Numbered from the stretch's first letter, positions 11,405-24,252 are shown. The stretch: DNA of 64,000 nt from Malacoraja senta (GCA_038087875.1 CM075983.1:46562001-46626000), one strand, 5' to 3'. Notes: generated by a model not told the origin, from the sequence alone. A program made the numbers and translations.

Positions 11405-11761
11405 AGGGCCTGTCCCACTGTACAAGGTAATTCAAGAGTTCTCCCGAGTTTTCCCCTGATTCGAACTCTGAGAATGTCCGTAGCGGGTCTGTAGGAGTTC
11501 GTGGATGTCTCGTAGCGGCTCGTACGAGTAAAAAGTAACCATTTTTTTCATCACGAGTATTTTTTTACTCGTGGACATTTTTCACAGTGTTGAAAAAACA
11601 TCACGAGTTTACCGGATTTCCCGAGTACCTACCGTTACTCGTACGAGCCGCTACGAGACATCCACGAACTCCTACGGTCCCACTACGGACATTCTCCGAG
11701 TTCGAATCAGGGGAAAACTTGGGAGAACTCTTGAATGACCTCGTACAGTGGGACAGGCCCT
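11405..11761. mobile_element. PIF/Harbinger-type MITE, almost entirely palindromic
   Basis: TIR AGGGCCTGTCCCACTGTAC extends over more than 100 nt of inverted repeat. TAA duplication at 11402-11404 and 11762-11764. Confidence 0.9.
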
Positions 11762-12371
11762 TAAAGAGTAGCATTGCCACCACCATCAAAAGCATCTATG
11801 CGAGGCGTTCCCTCACGAAGGCGACATCCACCATCAAGGATCACCACCAGTTGGGCCCTGCCCTCTTCTCGCTGTTATCGATGGGTAGAGATACAGAAGC
11901 TAGTCCCAGACCATCAGGTTGAGAGGAATTACTTTCCTACATCAGGTACCAACCTGCCCTGCACAATTCTAACCCTAACTTGCCAATAGAACTCTGTGAA
12001 CCACACTTGGACTACCATGAACATCTTACAATGGTATTTTGTGCTAATGTCTTGTTTTCTTGTACAGTCTTTTTCTTTTCAATGACTTGCATAATTAGAG
12101 TAATTTATGTATAATTTATGTATTTTCTGTGAAGTCCGAATTTGTGTTTGAGATGTGGCTGCAAACAAGATCACAATCACAATCACAATAATACTTTATT
12201 AGCCAAGTATGTTTTGCAACATACGAGGAATTTCATTTGCCAAGTCAGTCATACAAATAAAAAGCAATGGATCACACAAAACACATTGCACCTATACCCC
12301 CACCGTATGACAAAAATCAACTGTATTTGACATAGCACTAACATTTCTTAAAATGCAGGCCTTTTCCATGT

Positions 12372-12667
12372 ATTTAGTTTAGTTTAGAGATACAGCTGAA
12401 AACAAGCCCTTCGGACCACTGAGTCCACATCGACCCCGGAATAACCGTTCACTCTACTGCTATTCCACTTTGGCATCCACGCTAGGGGTCATTTACAGAG
12501 GCCAATGAACCCACAAACCTGCACCACATTGGGATGTGTGAGGAAACTGGCGCATCTGGGAGAAAACCCACGCAGTCACCGAGAGAACATGCAAACACCG
12601 CACAGACAGCACCAGAGGTCAGGATCGAACCCGGGTCTTTAGCGCTGTGAGGCAGCAGCGCTACCAT
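12372..12667 (-). mobile_element. HE1-like V-SINE
   Basis: Reverse-complement SINE ending in (taaac)n. Confidence 0.85.
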
Positions 12668-13049
12668 ATAGATAGGACAATGAACCACATTCAAAGCAGA
12701 CTTACATTGACTCACAAAGACCAAGAAAAACATTGGCAATATCAGCCATCTGTACTTTTGGCTTGGTTGGTCACAACAATGAAGGAATACATTAGCTGGC
12801 AGTCAGAACATGATGTACATAACCCAGTAACCTACTTTCAGAAGGTTTTAAAGTAAAAGAGCATGTGCTCAGAAGTGGCAATAAATTTCCACGTTCTCTT
12901 TAACCTCACTTTTTGTCTGAAATCTATGGCCAGGTGAAAGCTGGGTAGCAATTGCGTGGTCAACCAACCCAGGAGACCAAACTGAGTTTGAACAGGATGA
13001 GAACTAAATGAGAGAGCGACTACAGCCCCAAGTCAGGTCACAGCATTAA

Positions 13050-13480
13050 CCTAAAAAGACACAAAGTGCTGGAGTAACTCTGCAGCTCAGGCAGCATCTC
13101 TGGAGAACATGGACATGGACAGATGATGTTTCGGGTTTCTTCAAAATGATTGTAGGGATGCGGGGAGGGGGTGAGGGGAGGAGGGTAGAAGAAAGCAGGG
13201 AGAGAAGAGAGGAAGGACAAAGCATGGCAAACTATAGGTGGACACAAGCGAGTGGGGGGGGGGGGTGTCAATAGGCAGATGGTTGGAACAAAGGCCAGAC
13301 ATTAAAGCAGAAGGTGTGAGGCAGACGGTGTAAAGAGTTGTGAATTGTGAAGCTAGAGGAAGGAATGTAGGATAAGGGGGAGGGGTGTGGGGTACAGGGG
13401 AGGAGGGGTGTGGGGGAGAAAGGGGAGGGGGGGAACTTATTGGAGCTTCCATAAAATTGTAGAATTCATGGTTCACGGCA
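13050..13480 (-). mobile_element. Penelope-like 3' fragment with pLTR
   Basis: gacacaaagtgctggagtaactc...gcagcatctctggagaacatgg followed by the purine-rich spacer seen in other PLE copies. Confidence 0.6.
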
Positions 13481-13599
13481 TCAAGCTGTCAGCCTTTGTT
13501 AGCTCCTGGCAGCAGATCTAGACTCTGCTAAACGTGCTTTTGGCAGGAATATTTGCTCGTGTTGGCTTTCTTGCCAAGTTCATGACTGTCTGTCGATCA

Positions 13600-15760
13600 T
13601 CTTAACACTCTGGCTCCCCTCAAAACAAGAACCGTAACTTTTAATAAATCTTCACCCTGGTACACACCTGCACTTCGTAAGCTGAAACAGATTGGTCGCC
13701 GACTTGAACGACTCATAAAGAAATCACCTCTCACAGTCCACCATGAAGCTTACAAACTCCACCTCACTGCCTACAAAGATGCCCTCATTGCTGCTAAATC
13801 TGCATACCTCTCCTCCATATTCACTGACCCCTGCCTAAACCACAGAACCCTCTTCTCCATAGTCTGCAACCTCCTCAAGCCTCTCCCTACCTCCACTCCG
13901 GATCTCTGCAACTCATTCCTCCACTTTTTTGCTGATAAAATTAGCACCATCTATCAATCCCTATCCCCTGTACCCGACTCCCCAGCATCTACTCCACCAC
14001 CTACCAAGGCCCCTCCTTTCAACATCTCCGCTGATCTCCATACCCCTCCCCCTCACTGCTTCCTCTCCCAGTTTGGCCCGGTCACCCCTACTGAAATCTC
14101 CAAACTCATCAGAACTTCCAAACCCACTACCTGCTCCCTTGACCCTCTCCCCACTCCCCTGCTGAAGCCCTGCCTCCTTGCTCTCTGCCCCTACCTCACT
14201 AATCTTTTCAACTCCTCATTGTCCCAAGGAATTGTCCCCTCTGCTTTCAAAACTGCTACTGTCACACCAATCTTAAAGAAACCTGGTCTTGATCCCTCCT
14301 CTCTCATTAACTACCGCCCCATCTCAAACCTCCCCTTTCTTTCAAAAACCCGGGAGCGCATCGTCGCGTCACAACTTCATTCCCACCTCCTCGCGTATAA
14401 CCTATTCGAACCCCTCCAATCTGGCTTTCGCCCCCTCCATAGCACAGAAACTGCTCTCCTCAAAGTCCTCAATGACCTCCTTACCTCTGCTGACTCTGGC
14501 TCCCTCAATATCCTCATCCTCCTCGACCTGAGTGCAGCCTTCGATACTGTCAACCACAACATCCTGCTCACCAGACTTAGGGACCTTGGCATTGAAGGTT
14601 CTGCACTCAGCTGGTTCCGCTCTTACCTTTCCAACCGATCCCACTTCATCTCTCTCCATAACCACACCTCTGCCACAGCCACTGTCACTCAAGGCGTTCC
14701 CCAAGGCTCCGTTCTTGGTCCCCTCCTCTTCATCATCTACATCCTCCCCCTTGGTCATGTACTCCGTCACTTCAACCTGGACTTCCACTGCTATGCTGAT
14801 GACACCCAGATCTATCTCAGCACCAAGTCCCCCCACCACCCCCCTCTCTCCCATATCAACTCCTGCCTATCAGCCATCAAATCTTGGATGCAACTCAACT
14901 TCCTTAAATTAAACAGTAGCAAAACAGAATTTCTCCTCATTGGCTCCAAATCAGCACACTAAAATTAACAACCCCACTCTCACTATTGACGGCACCACTG
15001 TCTCCCCATCTCCTCAGGCACACAACCTTGGCGTGATCCTGGACTCAACCCTCTCCCTTGAGCCTCACATCCGCCATGTTGTCAAAACATCATTTTTTCA
15101 CCTCCGCAACATTGCAAAAATCAGATCGTCTCTCACACCCCTGCTGCTGAAAGACTCATCCATGCCTTCATCTCCTCCCGACTGGACTACTGTAACTCTC
15201 TTCTTTTCGGAATCAATTCCAGCAGCATCAAACGACTCCAACTGGTCCAAAATGCAGCCGCTCGACTCATTACCCACACCAAATCCTGGCACCACATCAC
15301 CCCAGTTCTCAAAGAACTTCACTGGCTTCCCATTTCCCACCGGATCACCTACAAAATCCTGGTCCTCACCTACAAAGCCCTCATCAACTTGGCCCCCCCT
15401 TATCTCATTGACCTCCTCTCCCCCTACCAACCCTCACGGTCCCTCAGATCCACATCAGCTGGTCTCCTCTCCACTCCGAAATCAAACCTCTGCACTTTTG
15501 GAGGCAGAGCCTTCTCCAGGGCAGCTCCCAGGCTCTGGAATTCCCTCCCACAACCGGTCCGAAATTCTGAGTCCCTCACCATCTTCCAGTCCCGCCTCAA
15601 GACCCATCTCTTCACCTCTGCATACCCTTAGTCCCATGTTCCCCTCCCCTCTGTCTTACTGCTCTATTTTGTTTGTTTATTCCTGACTCTCAATTGTAAA
15701 GCGACTTTGAGTCCTGAAAAGCGCTATATAAATAAAATCTATTATTATTATTATTATTAT
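13600..15760 (+). mobile_element. L2-clade LINE, 5' truncated, RT domain largely intact (frameshifts near 14960 and 15140)
   Basis: NYRPISNLPFLSK, QSGFRPLHSTETAL, LDLSAAFDTV, GVPQGSVLGPLLF and YADDTQIY motifs. 3' end gtaaagcgactttgagtcctgaaaagcgctatataaataaa followed by (TAT)n is typical of L2. Confidence 0.95.
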
Positions 15761-15911
15761 CTTTCCTTTCAAGATGCGCTTCACTTCAAATTTTTAAAAC
15801 GGAATACTTTATTTAGACGTTAAACTTTAGACTTTAGACATAAAGTGTGGAAACAGACTCTTCGGGCCACTGAGTCCATGCTGACCAGCAACCACCCCAT
15901 AACGACAACCT

Positions 15912-16210
15912 TTGTATGAGTATCTTTGGTCATCCGATATGAAGGTGGGAGGGTCGATCGGCGAGGGGGTGTGGAGGGGGGGGGGGGCGGGGCGTTATCT
16001 CCCTGTTGGTTTGCCCCTGGGCCTGGCCAAGATGGCCATTCCCAGGGCAGGACAGAGATCAGTCGAGGATTCCACTGGAGTCGATTGCCTTCCCCTCTTC
16101 TGTGCCCGCGTGACCTTGGAGAGGGAGCACTCGGTGCCCACGGGGACTCTGGAGGCCTTCCCTGAACGCTGGTCGTCATAAGAGAGGGAGGGGTGGGGGA
16201 GTTGGGGGTC
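15912..16210 (+). mobile_element. Tx1-type (L1 group) LINE ORF2 C-terminal fragment
   Basis: LGLAKMAI...DCLPLFCARVTLEREHSVPTGTLEAFPERW, homologous to the minus-strand fragment at 25010-25250. Clade assignment is from recall. Confidence 0.6.
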
Positions 16211-16729
16211 AACTGCTGCCTAGTTTAGATTTCTCTAGTATCTTGTAACTGATTATGTGAAGAAAAGCTCCTTGTTAAGGAGAAATAAAGGTGAAAATAT
16301 TTCAGATAGTGCACCATGTAGCTCTGAGACACATCTGCATGGTATCACAACGTTATCTCCATTTATACATTTGGTAGAATCATTTCAGATACATTCTTGG
16401 GTTGTGACGAAGGCCAATGTTTATTGCATCTGTCACTGCCCCAAGATAATAAGAGGTTTGGATTCTCCCAAATTAATTAGAATCATATGTAGGTCAGTTA
16501 ACCAGTTACCCAACCAGTGAAGCCGTTGGGCATTTTATGACAATCTGATAGCATTATGGTCACTTGTACTGACAACAGTTGCAGGCTAACTGAATTAATT
16601 TCTAGTCTGATGCATTACTAGTCCAGTTATATTAAAATTAGAAACAAGGAACTGCAGATGCTGGTTTACCAAGAAAAGACACAGAATGCGGAAGTAATTC
16701 AGTGGGTCTGGCAGCAACCCTGGAGAAAA

Positions 16730-17335
16730 TGGGCTGCACGGTGGCGTGGTGGTAGAGCTTTACAGCCCCGGAGACTCAGGTTCAATCCTGACTGCGGGTG
16801 CTATTTGTACGGAGTTTGTACGTTTTCCCGTGACCTGCGTGGGTTTTCTCCAAGATCTTTGGTTTCCTTCCACATTCCAAAGACGTACAGGTTTGTAGGT
16901 TAATTGATTTGGTTTAAATATTAAATAAATGTCCTAGTGTGTGTGGGGGATTGTTAATGCGCGGGGATCGCTGGTCGGTGCAGACTCAGTGGGCCGAGAG
17001 GTCTGTTTCCGTGCTGAATCTCTAAACTAAACTAAACATGGATAGCTGACGATTTAAGGGCGGCACAGTGGTGCAATGGCAGAGTTGCTGCTTTACAGCA
17101 CCAGAGAACCAGGTTCAATCCCGATCCACGGTGCTGTTTGTGTGGAGTTTGTACGCTCTCCCTGTGACCATGTAGGTTTTTCCCAGGTGTTCCGGTTTCC
17201 TCCCACACTCCAAAGATGTGCAGGTTTGCAGGTTAATTGACCGGTAAAATTGTAAATTGTCCCTAATGTGTGTAGGTTAGCGTTAGTGTTTGGGGTGATC
17301 GCTGGTATGCACTGTATCTCAAAACTAAACTAAAC
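16730..17335 (+). mobile_element. Two adjacent HE1-like V-SINEs inserted into a pLTR-derived repeat
   Basis: Copies at about 16730-17036 and 17057-17335. The host pLTR arm at 16640-16730 resumes at 17036-17056. Confidence 0.85.
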
Positions 17336-18046
17336 CTTCAATTATAAAATTGTTTTTTTATTAAGGCATGATGACAGTAGGTACAAATTAGGGAAAATAC
17401 TTGTAATTCATACAATAATTATAACATGTCAATGGCCAATTATGAAAGGAATGGATATAACTTGTAAAGTTAGATCCAGGAAGCAATGAAAACTGCAGTA
17501 AAATGGGCCCAAACATTGTGTTTCCTTGCATAACAGAAGCCTCCAAGCATTGAGATCTATAGATCATTTAGGGTTGGGTTGACCTATTAATAAAATCTGT
17601 TATTGTCAGAAGCATTTGGTAAAGAGCATAACCAGCATGACAGAGTTTAACCTTTCTCCTTGACATTACTGGCATTAGCACCACCAAGCCCTTTATAATG
17701 AGTATCATTGGGGACATCATTGCCCAGTTGCCCAGAAACGAGACAGGTCGAGCTGCAGTATATTGTGTGACTACAAGAGAAGGCCAAAAATTGGACAATA
17801 CATCAATTATTTTTCCACCACCTTCTGGACACAACGCAAGAGTGTGACAAGTCCAACACCAATCAAGACTTAAATGCAGAAACTAAGAACTGCAGATGCT
17901 GTATTTTACTAAAAGATAGGCACAAAGTGCTGGAGTAACTCAGCAGGTCAGGTAGCATCTCTGGGGAAAATAGATAGATAAACACCCCCTCTTCAGACTG
18001 AAAGTATGGGATGAGGCATTGAAGTGCTGGAGCCGAGAAAAGACGA

Positions 18047-18727
18047 GAATTAATCTACAAACCCGTACGTATTTGGAATGTGGGAGGAAACCGGAGCACC
18101 CGGAGAAAACCCACATGGTAACGGGAAGAACGTGCAAACTCCGTACAGGCAGCACCTGTAACCAGGATCGAACCTGGCTCTCTGGTGCTGTAAGGCAAAA
18201 CTCTACCGCTGCACCACTGTGCCGCCCCTACTAAGCAGTTAGTTTAATGGCATCATGTTCAGCATGGACATTGTGGGTTGAAGGGCCTGTTCCAATTCTG
18301 TACTTTTCTATGTTCTATGAGGTTCATGACAGCAGATACATGAATGGCCTGAGCTGCGTGATCTCCAGTGTAAACATAGGGGATGGGTGGGGGTGGGGGG
18401 GTGCGGGGGGAAGGGGTTGCTAAGTACCAGGAACAAAGTATCTTGCTCATCGCAGCACCAGAGATCCGGGTTCGATCCTGGCCACGGGTGGTGTCGTTGT
18501 GTAGTTTGCACGTTCTTTCTGTGACCACATGGGTTTCTTTTCGGTGTTCCGGTTTCCTCTCACATCCCAAACACGTGCAGGTTTGTAGGTTGATTGTGTT
18601 TATTTAAAATTGCCCCCCCCAGTGTGAAAGTGGGATAACAGAGAACTAGCGTGAACAGGTGATCGATGGTTAGCGTGGACTCGGTGGGCCGAAGGGCCTG
18701 TATCCGTGCTGTATCTTTCAATCAATC
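18047..18727. mobile_element. Two HE1-like V-SINE copies in opposite orientation (about 18047-18228 minus, 18452-18727 plus)
   Basis: V-domain and B-box motifs on both strands. Confidence 0.8.
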
Positions 18728-19085
18728 TAGTTGGTCACTAGAGGTGAGAGGGATACCGAATATGGTGATCAAGTTGAGCAGAGGCAGAGTAACAGTGGGA
18801 AATATCTGCCCGCAGTAGTCTGTGTGGTTTCAGACAAACAACCTGGAACAAGGCAATAAGAGATGCATTCATACACTTTCTGCAGGGAAAACCAAGAGAG
18901 CAGCTAGTTTAGTTATTTAGCTTAGTTTAGCTTATTATCACTTGTACCGAGTTACAGTGAAAAGCTTTTGTTTCATGACAATACATGATTACAATCACGC
19001 CATCCACAGTGTACAGATACATGACAAAGGGAATAATGTTTAGTGCAAGCTAAAGTTCAGTAGAATCCAAATAAAGGTAGTTTTA

Positions 19086-19908
19086 AGGGCCTGTCCCACT
19101 TAGGCGACTTTTTAGGCGAGTGCAGGAGACTCTGCGCTCGCCATATGATCGCCACATGGTCGCCACATGTTCGCTGGTGGTCTCTGGTGAGTCTCATTCA
19201 TGGTCGCGAGGAGTTCCCGCATTTTGGGAACGAGTCGCAGCCTCAGTATGGTCGCAGCAAATTTTTCAACACGTTGAAACATTTTCTGCGACCAAAAATT
19301 GGTCGCCATGGAGAAAACCTATACTTTTGTAGTCGTAGGTGCAGTTGTATTGGGGTCACCATGTAGTTATAGGTAGTCGAGCTAGATGTAGGTAGTTTTA
19401 GTTAATCGCGTTTGCTGACCGGTCATTTTCGTTGGCTCATTGGGGGAAAAAAATGTAAGCACAAGTTTTCAGAACCAAGAAGAACCGACCGGTAATGTTA
19501 AATGCCCGCCGAATGTCACAGCTGTGTATCTCTGGCTTATTAAAAGTTGTCTGGCTTCTTAAAAGTGTCTCCACTCCTTCTCCCCCCTTCTCCCTCATCT
19601 CCCCCTTCTCCCCTCCTTCCCCCTCCCCTCCCCCTTCTTTTAAAGGACTTACCATACACTGTGCTAGCCGTCTTAACCTGCCTGTTCATCGTGGTGTGTG
19701 TCTGTGTCACCTTGGCTTTGCACCGTGTGAATTTTAGACAACGCTCACCCTGCTTGCCCTGGCCCCCGCCTTTGCGATGTGTTTATGTGTGTGTGTGTAT
19801 GTTCCACTCTGACACTCGCCGTTCCAGTTCCCGTTTTTTCAGGCGAGTGCCGCGAACTTGACAGTCGCCGGCAGTCCGCTGAAAAATCGCCTAAGTGGGA
19901 CAGGCCCT
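19086..19908. mobile_element. PIF/Harbinger-type MITE
   Basis: TIRs AGGGCCTGTCCCACTTAGGCGA / TCGCCTAAGTGGGACAGGCCCT and TTA duplication (19083-19085, 19909-19911). Confidence 0.9.
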
Positions 19909-20159
19909 TTAGGTTCCCCAATGAGGTAGATAGTAACTCAGGAGTGTTCTCTTGTTGTTAATCACTTGGGAAGAAACTGTTCCTGAATCTGGAAGTAAGT
20001 GTTTTCAGTAAATGTACCTGTCTAGTTCATTACCTTGCATACAATGAGTGTCTTTCAACTTCCACAGACGCCTAAAGCCCAACAGCTTACTTGATGTAAA
20101 AGGCAAATTCACTTCATACTCCTGTTGGAGGAAGGTTCAGCTCCTGTAGACGCCAAGTC

Positions 20160-20260
20160 CTCCGCTCACTTTGCAACAGTCCCGGCAGTCTCACAAGACC
20201 CACCAACAAAGGAGGTGCTATTGTAGTCTGGGAGGCTGACCGCGACCATGCTGAGGCCCA
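20160..20260 (+). mobile_element. Old Penelope RT-region fragment
   Basis: aacaaaggaggtgctattgtagtctgg translates to (D/N)KGGAIVVW, resembling the PLE DKG motif. Confidence 0.5.
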
Positions 20261-20418
20261 GGACCGAAAGGTCAGTGTGAGAATGGGAGTGTTCAGTGTT
20301 CTAAGTGTTCAGTGTTCTAAGTGTTCTAATTTGGTGGGTCATTCTGATTTACGTTCCTCTTTACTGCCTGAGCTGGAGTTTTTCCAGTATTAATCTGTAC
20401 ATTTGTTACCTGTCAAAC

Positions 20419-21244
20419 CAAGATTCAAGATTCAAGATATTTTATTAGTCACATTCACATACACCCGGGTGTAGTGAAGTGAAATGCTTTTTGCCATTAT
20501 CGGCACACAAAAAAGAGAAGAGAATACAGACACAACACCAAGATAGTCTTAACACTGAACATCCCCCCACAATGGCTCCCACCATGAGGGAAGGCACAAA
20601 GTCCAGTCCCCAACCCCAGTTCACCCATAGTCGGGCCCATTGAGGCCTCCACAGTTGCCTCTACGGATGATGTTGTTCCGGCGTCGGGAGAGTCCTCCCA
20701 GCGGCCTGGGAACACTGGAACGGCCGCTTCCGCACTGGGGGCCACGGCTTCCGAAGCCAACAAGGCCGCGCCGGTTGGAGCTCCACAACTGGCGCTCTCA
20801 TCTAGAGATCCCAGGTTCCCGGTGTAAAGTTCAGCACCGCCGCCCGCAGCTGGTCGCTCCACAGTCCCGCAGCTCCGCGATGTTTTCTCCAGCGATCCTC
20901 AGCTCACCGGAGCTCCAGCGCGGCGACCCGGGCAAGGCATCGCCCGCTCCGCGATAGCGCTCCAGCGCTGTGCCGCCGCCGAAGCCGAGGTTCTGGGCGG
21001 TCCCCGACAGGAAACGCCGCTCCAGGCCCGCTGGTAGCCCGCGAGGACGGGTCGAAGCTGCAGCCCGGAGAAAAGCTGCCTCTCCGGCCAGGTAGGGACC
21101 CTGAAAGGTAGTTTCCCCCTTCCCCCCCCACACAAAAAAGTCTAGACCTCCAAAACAAAACACTTTACTGACTAAAATAAAAAATAAAGGTGAAAGGACA
21201 GACAGCTGTTGGCAGGGCAGCCGCACACAGGTCAGCGCCCCCCC
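20419..21244 (-). mobile_element. GC-rich non-autonomous retroelement with Rex1-type tail
   Basis: Minus strand starts gggggcgctg...ggctgccctgcca and ends catttcacttcactacacc...gtgactaataaaatatc(ttgaatc)n. Confidence 0.65.
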
Positions 21245-21483
21245 TACTGCTCCTGGGAATGACGACTCCAGCTTCCAAGTTCCACTGTTGTCAGGCTAAT
21301 CGACAACAATGATGAGGTGAAGTACAGGAAAGAGATCGAGAACCTAGTGTCCTGCTGTCAGTATAGTAATTGTAGGAGCAAAATGGATAGGCCACGTGGA
21401 ATTGGTGCTTGAAGTAACGGGTGATTTATGAAACTGGTGCACGCCAGGATGCCAGCCAAATCTCACCTGCCATGTAGGTCAGT

Positions 21484-22291
21484 GGGGGCGCTGCAAGATG
21501 GCTGCCCTGCCAGCATCGTCTTCATTATTTCTAATTTTTTTGTTTTTTTTGTTGTGTCTAATGTTAGTTTGGGTGTCTATGTCTTATGTGGGGGGTGGTG
21601 TGGAGGGGAAAGGGGGAAACTGTTTTCGGTCGCCTCCTCGACAGAGAGGCGTCGTTTTCCATGTCGCCTCCCTCGTGGCCTAACACTATGGATTAGAGCG
21701 GCCTTTCCCGGAGTCAGGCTCGGAGCATCGGCAGCAGGCGCAGCGTGGACTTTCCATCGCGGAGCGGGCGAACCCTTGCCGGGGGTCGCCAGAGTGGAGT
21801 GCTCCGATTGCTGGCCTGGTGTCGTTGACATCATGGGCTGTGGTCTGCAGAGCTTCTAGCCACGGGCGTGGGGTGGACTTATCATCCGGAGCCTGGGATC
21901 CCTCGCCGGGGATCGCCGGAGAAGAGCTCAGACCGCCGGCCTGCGGCCTATAACATCTTGAAGCCGCGGACTCCTGTAGGAAAGTGCCGATTCGGGACCT
22001 CCAAGCCGCGGAGTGTGTTGGACCATCCCGACGTCGGAGTTCAGATCATCCCGACGAGAGGGCTGTACATCGGGCTGTCTGTAGCGGCGACTACAGAGGG
22101 TCTATGGCCCCAACCACGGGTGAACAAAGGAGGAGGACTGGCTGAACTTTGTTGCCTTTCACCACAGTGTAGAATGCTGTGGTGGATGTTTGTGTTACAT
22201 TTTATTGTGTATTGTGTGTTCTTTTTAAGTGTATTGCTGCTGGAAAATTCATTTCACTGCACCTTCGAATAAAATTGACTTTGACTTTGAA
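21484..22291 (+). mobile_element. GC-rich non-autonomous retroelement with Rex1-type tail
   Basis: Starts gggggcgctgcaagatggctgccctgcca and ends aaattcatttcactgcacc...aataaaa(ttgact)n. The head is shared with 20419-21244. Confidence 0.65.
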
Positions 22292-22634
22292 TTTGGTACA
22301 TTTTTTAACAAAGTTTACTCAGAAATGACAAGATTACCTAGAAACTTGATTAACACTAAATCATAGTCTAAATTACATAATGGAACTCAGAAAGACTCAG
22401 AAAGGTCACAATCAGAATGAGATAATTATCCACAAGACTAAATTCATTAACAGTAGATCTCAATTTCTGTTACAATGATGAGTGCACGCATAATCAATGA
22501 AATTCCCATTCTTTGTCTGCGGTTTCCTCTCACCACATTAGCACAATCTACATCCCTGTTTACTAATTATTAGCCCTCACTACTGTTTACCTTACAACAG
22601 TAATCTAGTTCTTAATGTGGATACAAAATGCTAA

Positions 22635-23221
22635 AGGGCCTATCCCACGAGCATGCGACTGCATGCGGCTAGCGTGACCTAACGTGGTCGCGCTAGCTGT
22701 GCGGCCTCGCGGGGCCAGTCCCACTTCGATCGCCGGAGCCGCATGGAGTTGTGCGGAGCTGGTCCCGGCATCGCGCGGGGCTCCCAAAATCTGACAGTGT
22801 TCAAAAATTCCGCGCGGCAAAGGCCTGCCGGCCCGCTGCCGCATGGAGGCCGCACGCACTGCCTCGACGCCGCACGCACCGCCTCGATGCCGCACCCAGC
22901 ATCTCGACGCTGAACGCAGCATCTTGACGCCGTACGCAGCGTCTTGACGGTGTACGCCTAGCGCGTGGCGTTGCGCGATGACGTCACCGCCCGGTGTGCC
23001 GTTGCGTGATGACGTAACCGCCTGACGCCGTGCGCCGTCCAAATTCAGTCGGCCCGCCTCCTGCCCAGCTGATTGGTGAGTATGATGTCGGGACCAGCTC
23101 CACACAACTCCAGACGGCTCCGCGGTTGGAAGTGGGACCGGCCCCGCGAGGCCGTACGCCTCAAGCGACCACGTTTGGTCGCGCTAGACGCATGCAAACG
23201 CATGCTGATGGGACAGGCCCT
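22635..23221. mobile_element. PIF/Harbinger-type MITE (CpG-rich) inserted in a pLTR palindrome
   Basis: TIRs AGGGCCTATCCCA / TGGGACAGGCCCT, TAA duplication (22632-22634, 23222-23224). Host reads acaaaatgc[TAA]ctcagc. Confidence 0.88.
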
Positions 23222-23479
23222 TAACTCAGCTGGTCCGACAGCATCTCTGGAGAAAAGGAATAGGTGATGTTTTGGGTCAGAGGTTAGAACCCGTCTTCAG
23301 ACTTATTCCTTCTATACAGAGATGCTGTCTGACCCGCTGAGTTCCTCCAGCATTTTGTGTCTATCTTTGGTACAAACCAGCATCTGCAGTTCCTTCCTAC
23401 ACAATCTAGCCCTTAGCATCAGCAGGAGGAAAGAGTAAGGAATAGAGGAGGGTGTCCATAGCAACAGCAACCGAACCAG

Positions 23480-23895
23480 GTCCTTTCACACTGCTGCGGT
23501 GATCAAGAAAATACATCAGAATATTTACTTTCTTAAGCATCTGAGAAAATTTGACTTGTCCACGAAGATTCTCTCAAACTTCCACAAAAGATATAGAAGA
23601 TATTCTAATGGGATGCATCTCAGCCTGTTGTGGCGACTGCTCTGCTCTTGACCGCTTGAACCTGCAGAGAGTGGTGAACACAGCCCAGTCCTTCACAGCC
23701 TCGTCACTTCCTTCCAACTAGTCCATCTTCCCCTGTGTTGCATCAGGAAGGCTGGAAGTGTCATCAAGGTTACCCGACAACCTGCCCATTCACTTCTCAC
23801 TCTTCTGCCTTCTGGGACAAGATATAGGAGCTTGAAAGCTCAGATGCCCAGACTTAAGAACAATTTCCTCCCCACTGCTATCTGACTCCTGAACA
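23480..23895 (+). mobile_element. Old Rex1/Babar LINE 3' fragment
   Basis: Decayed KK..Q..YFL..LRKF, LQRVVNTAQ, LLPSG.RYRSL motifs. Confidence 0.7.
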
Positions 23896-23949
23896 AATCG
23901 CCTCTTTCACACGCTATTCCCTGATGTATTGCTGCATACTTATAATCTT

Positions 23950-24252
23950 TACTTTAGACTTTGGAGATACAGCGTGGAAACAGGCCCTTTGGCCCACTGA
24001 GTCTGTGCCGAGCAGCAATCATCCCTTTTACAAGCACTATCGTACATACTTAGTACATAACAATTCATAATTTTTACTGAAGCCAATTAACCTACAAACC
24101 TGTACATCTTTGGTGTGTGGGAGGATACCCGGAGAAAACCCACGCGGTTACAGGGTGAAAGTGCAAACTCCGTATAAACAGCACCCGCAGTCAGGATCGA
24201 AACCGGGTCTCTGGCACTGCAGACTGCAACTCTACCGCTACACCACTGTGCC
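23950..24252 (-). mobile_element. HE1-like V-SINE
   Basis: Full reverse-complement copy. Confidence 0.85.

Noticed and set aside
11215-11960. Apparent large inverted duplication centred on the 11405 MITE
   Set aside because: The flanking Rex1-like remnants are homologous but too divergent from each other. They are independent old insertions in opposite orientation.
16486-16496. Perfect RORE consensus TATGTAGGTCA
   Set aside because: About one such match is expected by chance in 64 kb on two strands, and there is no cluster.
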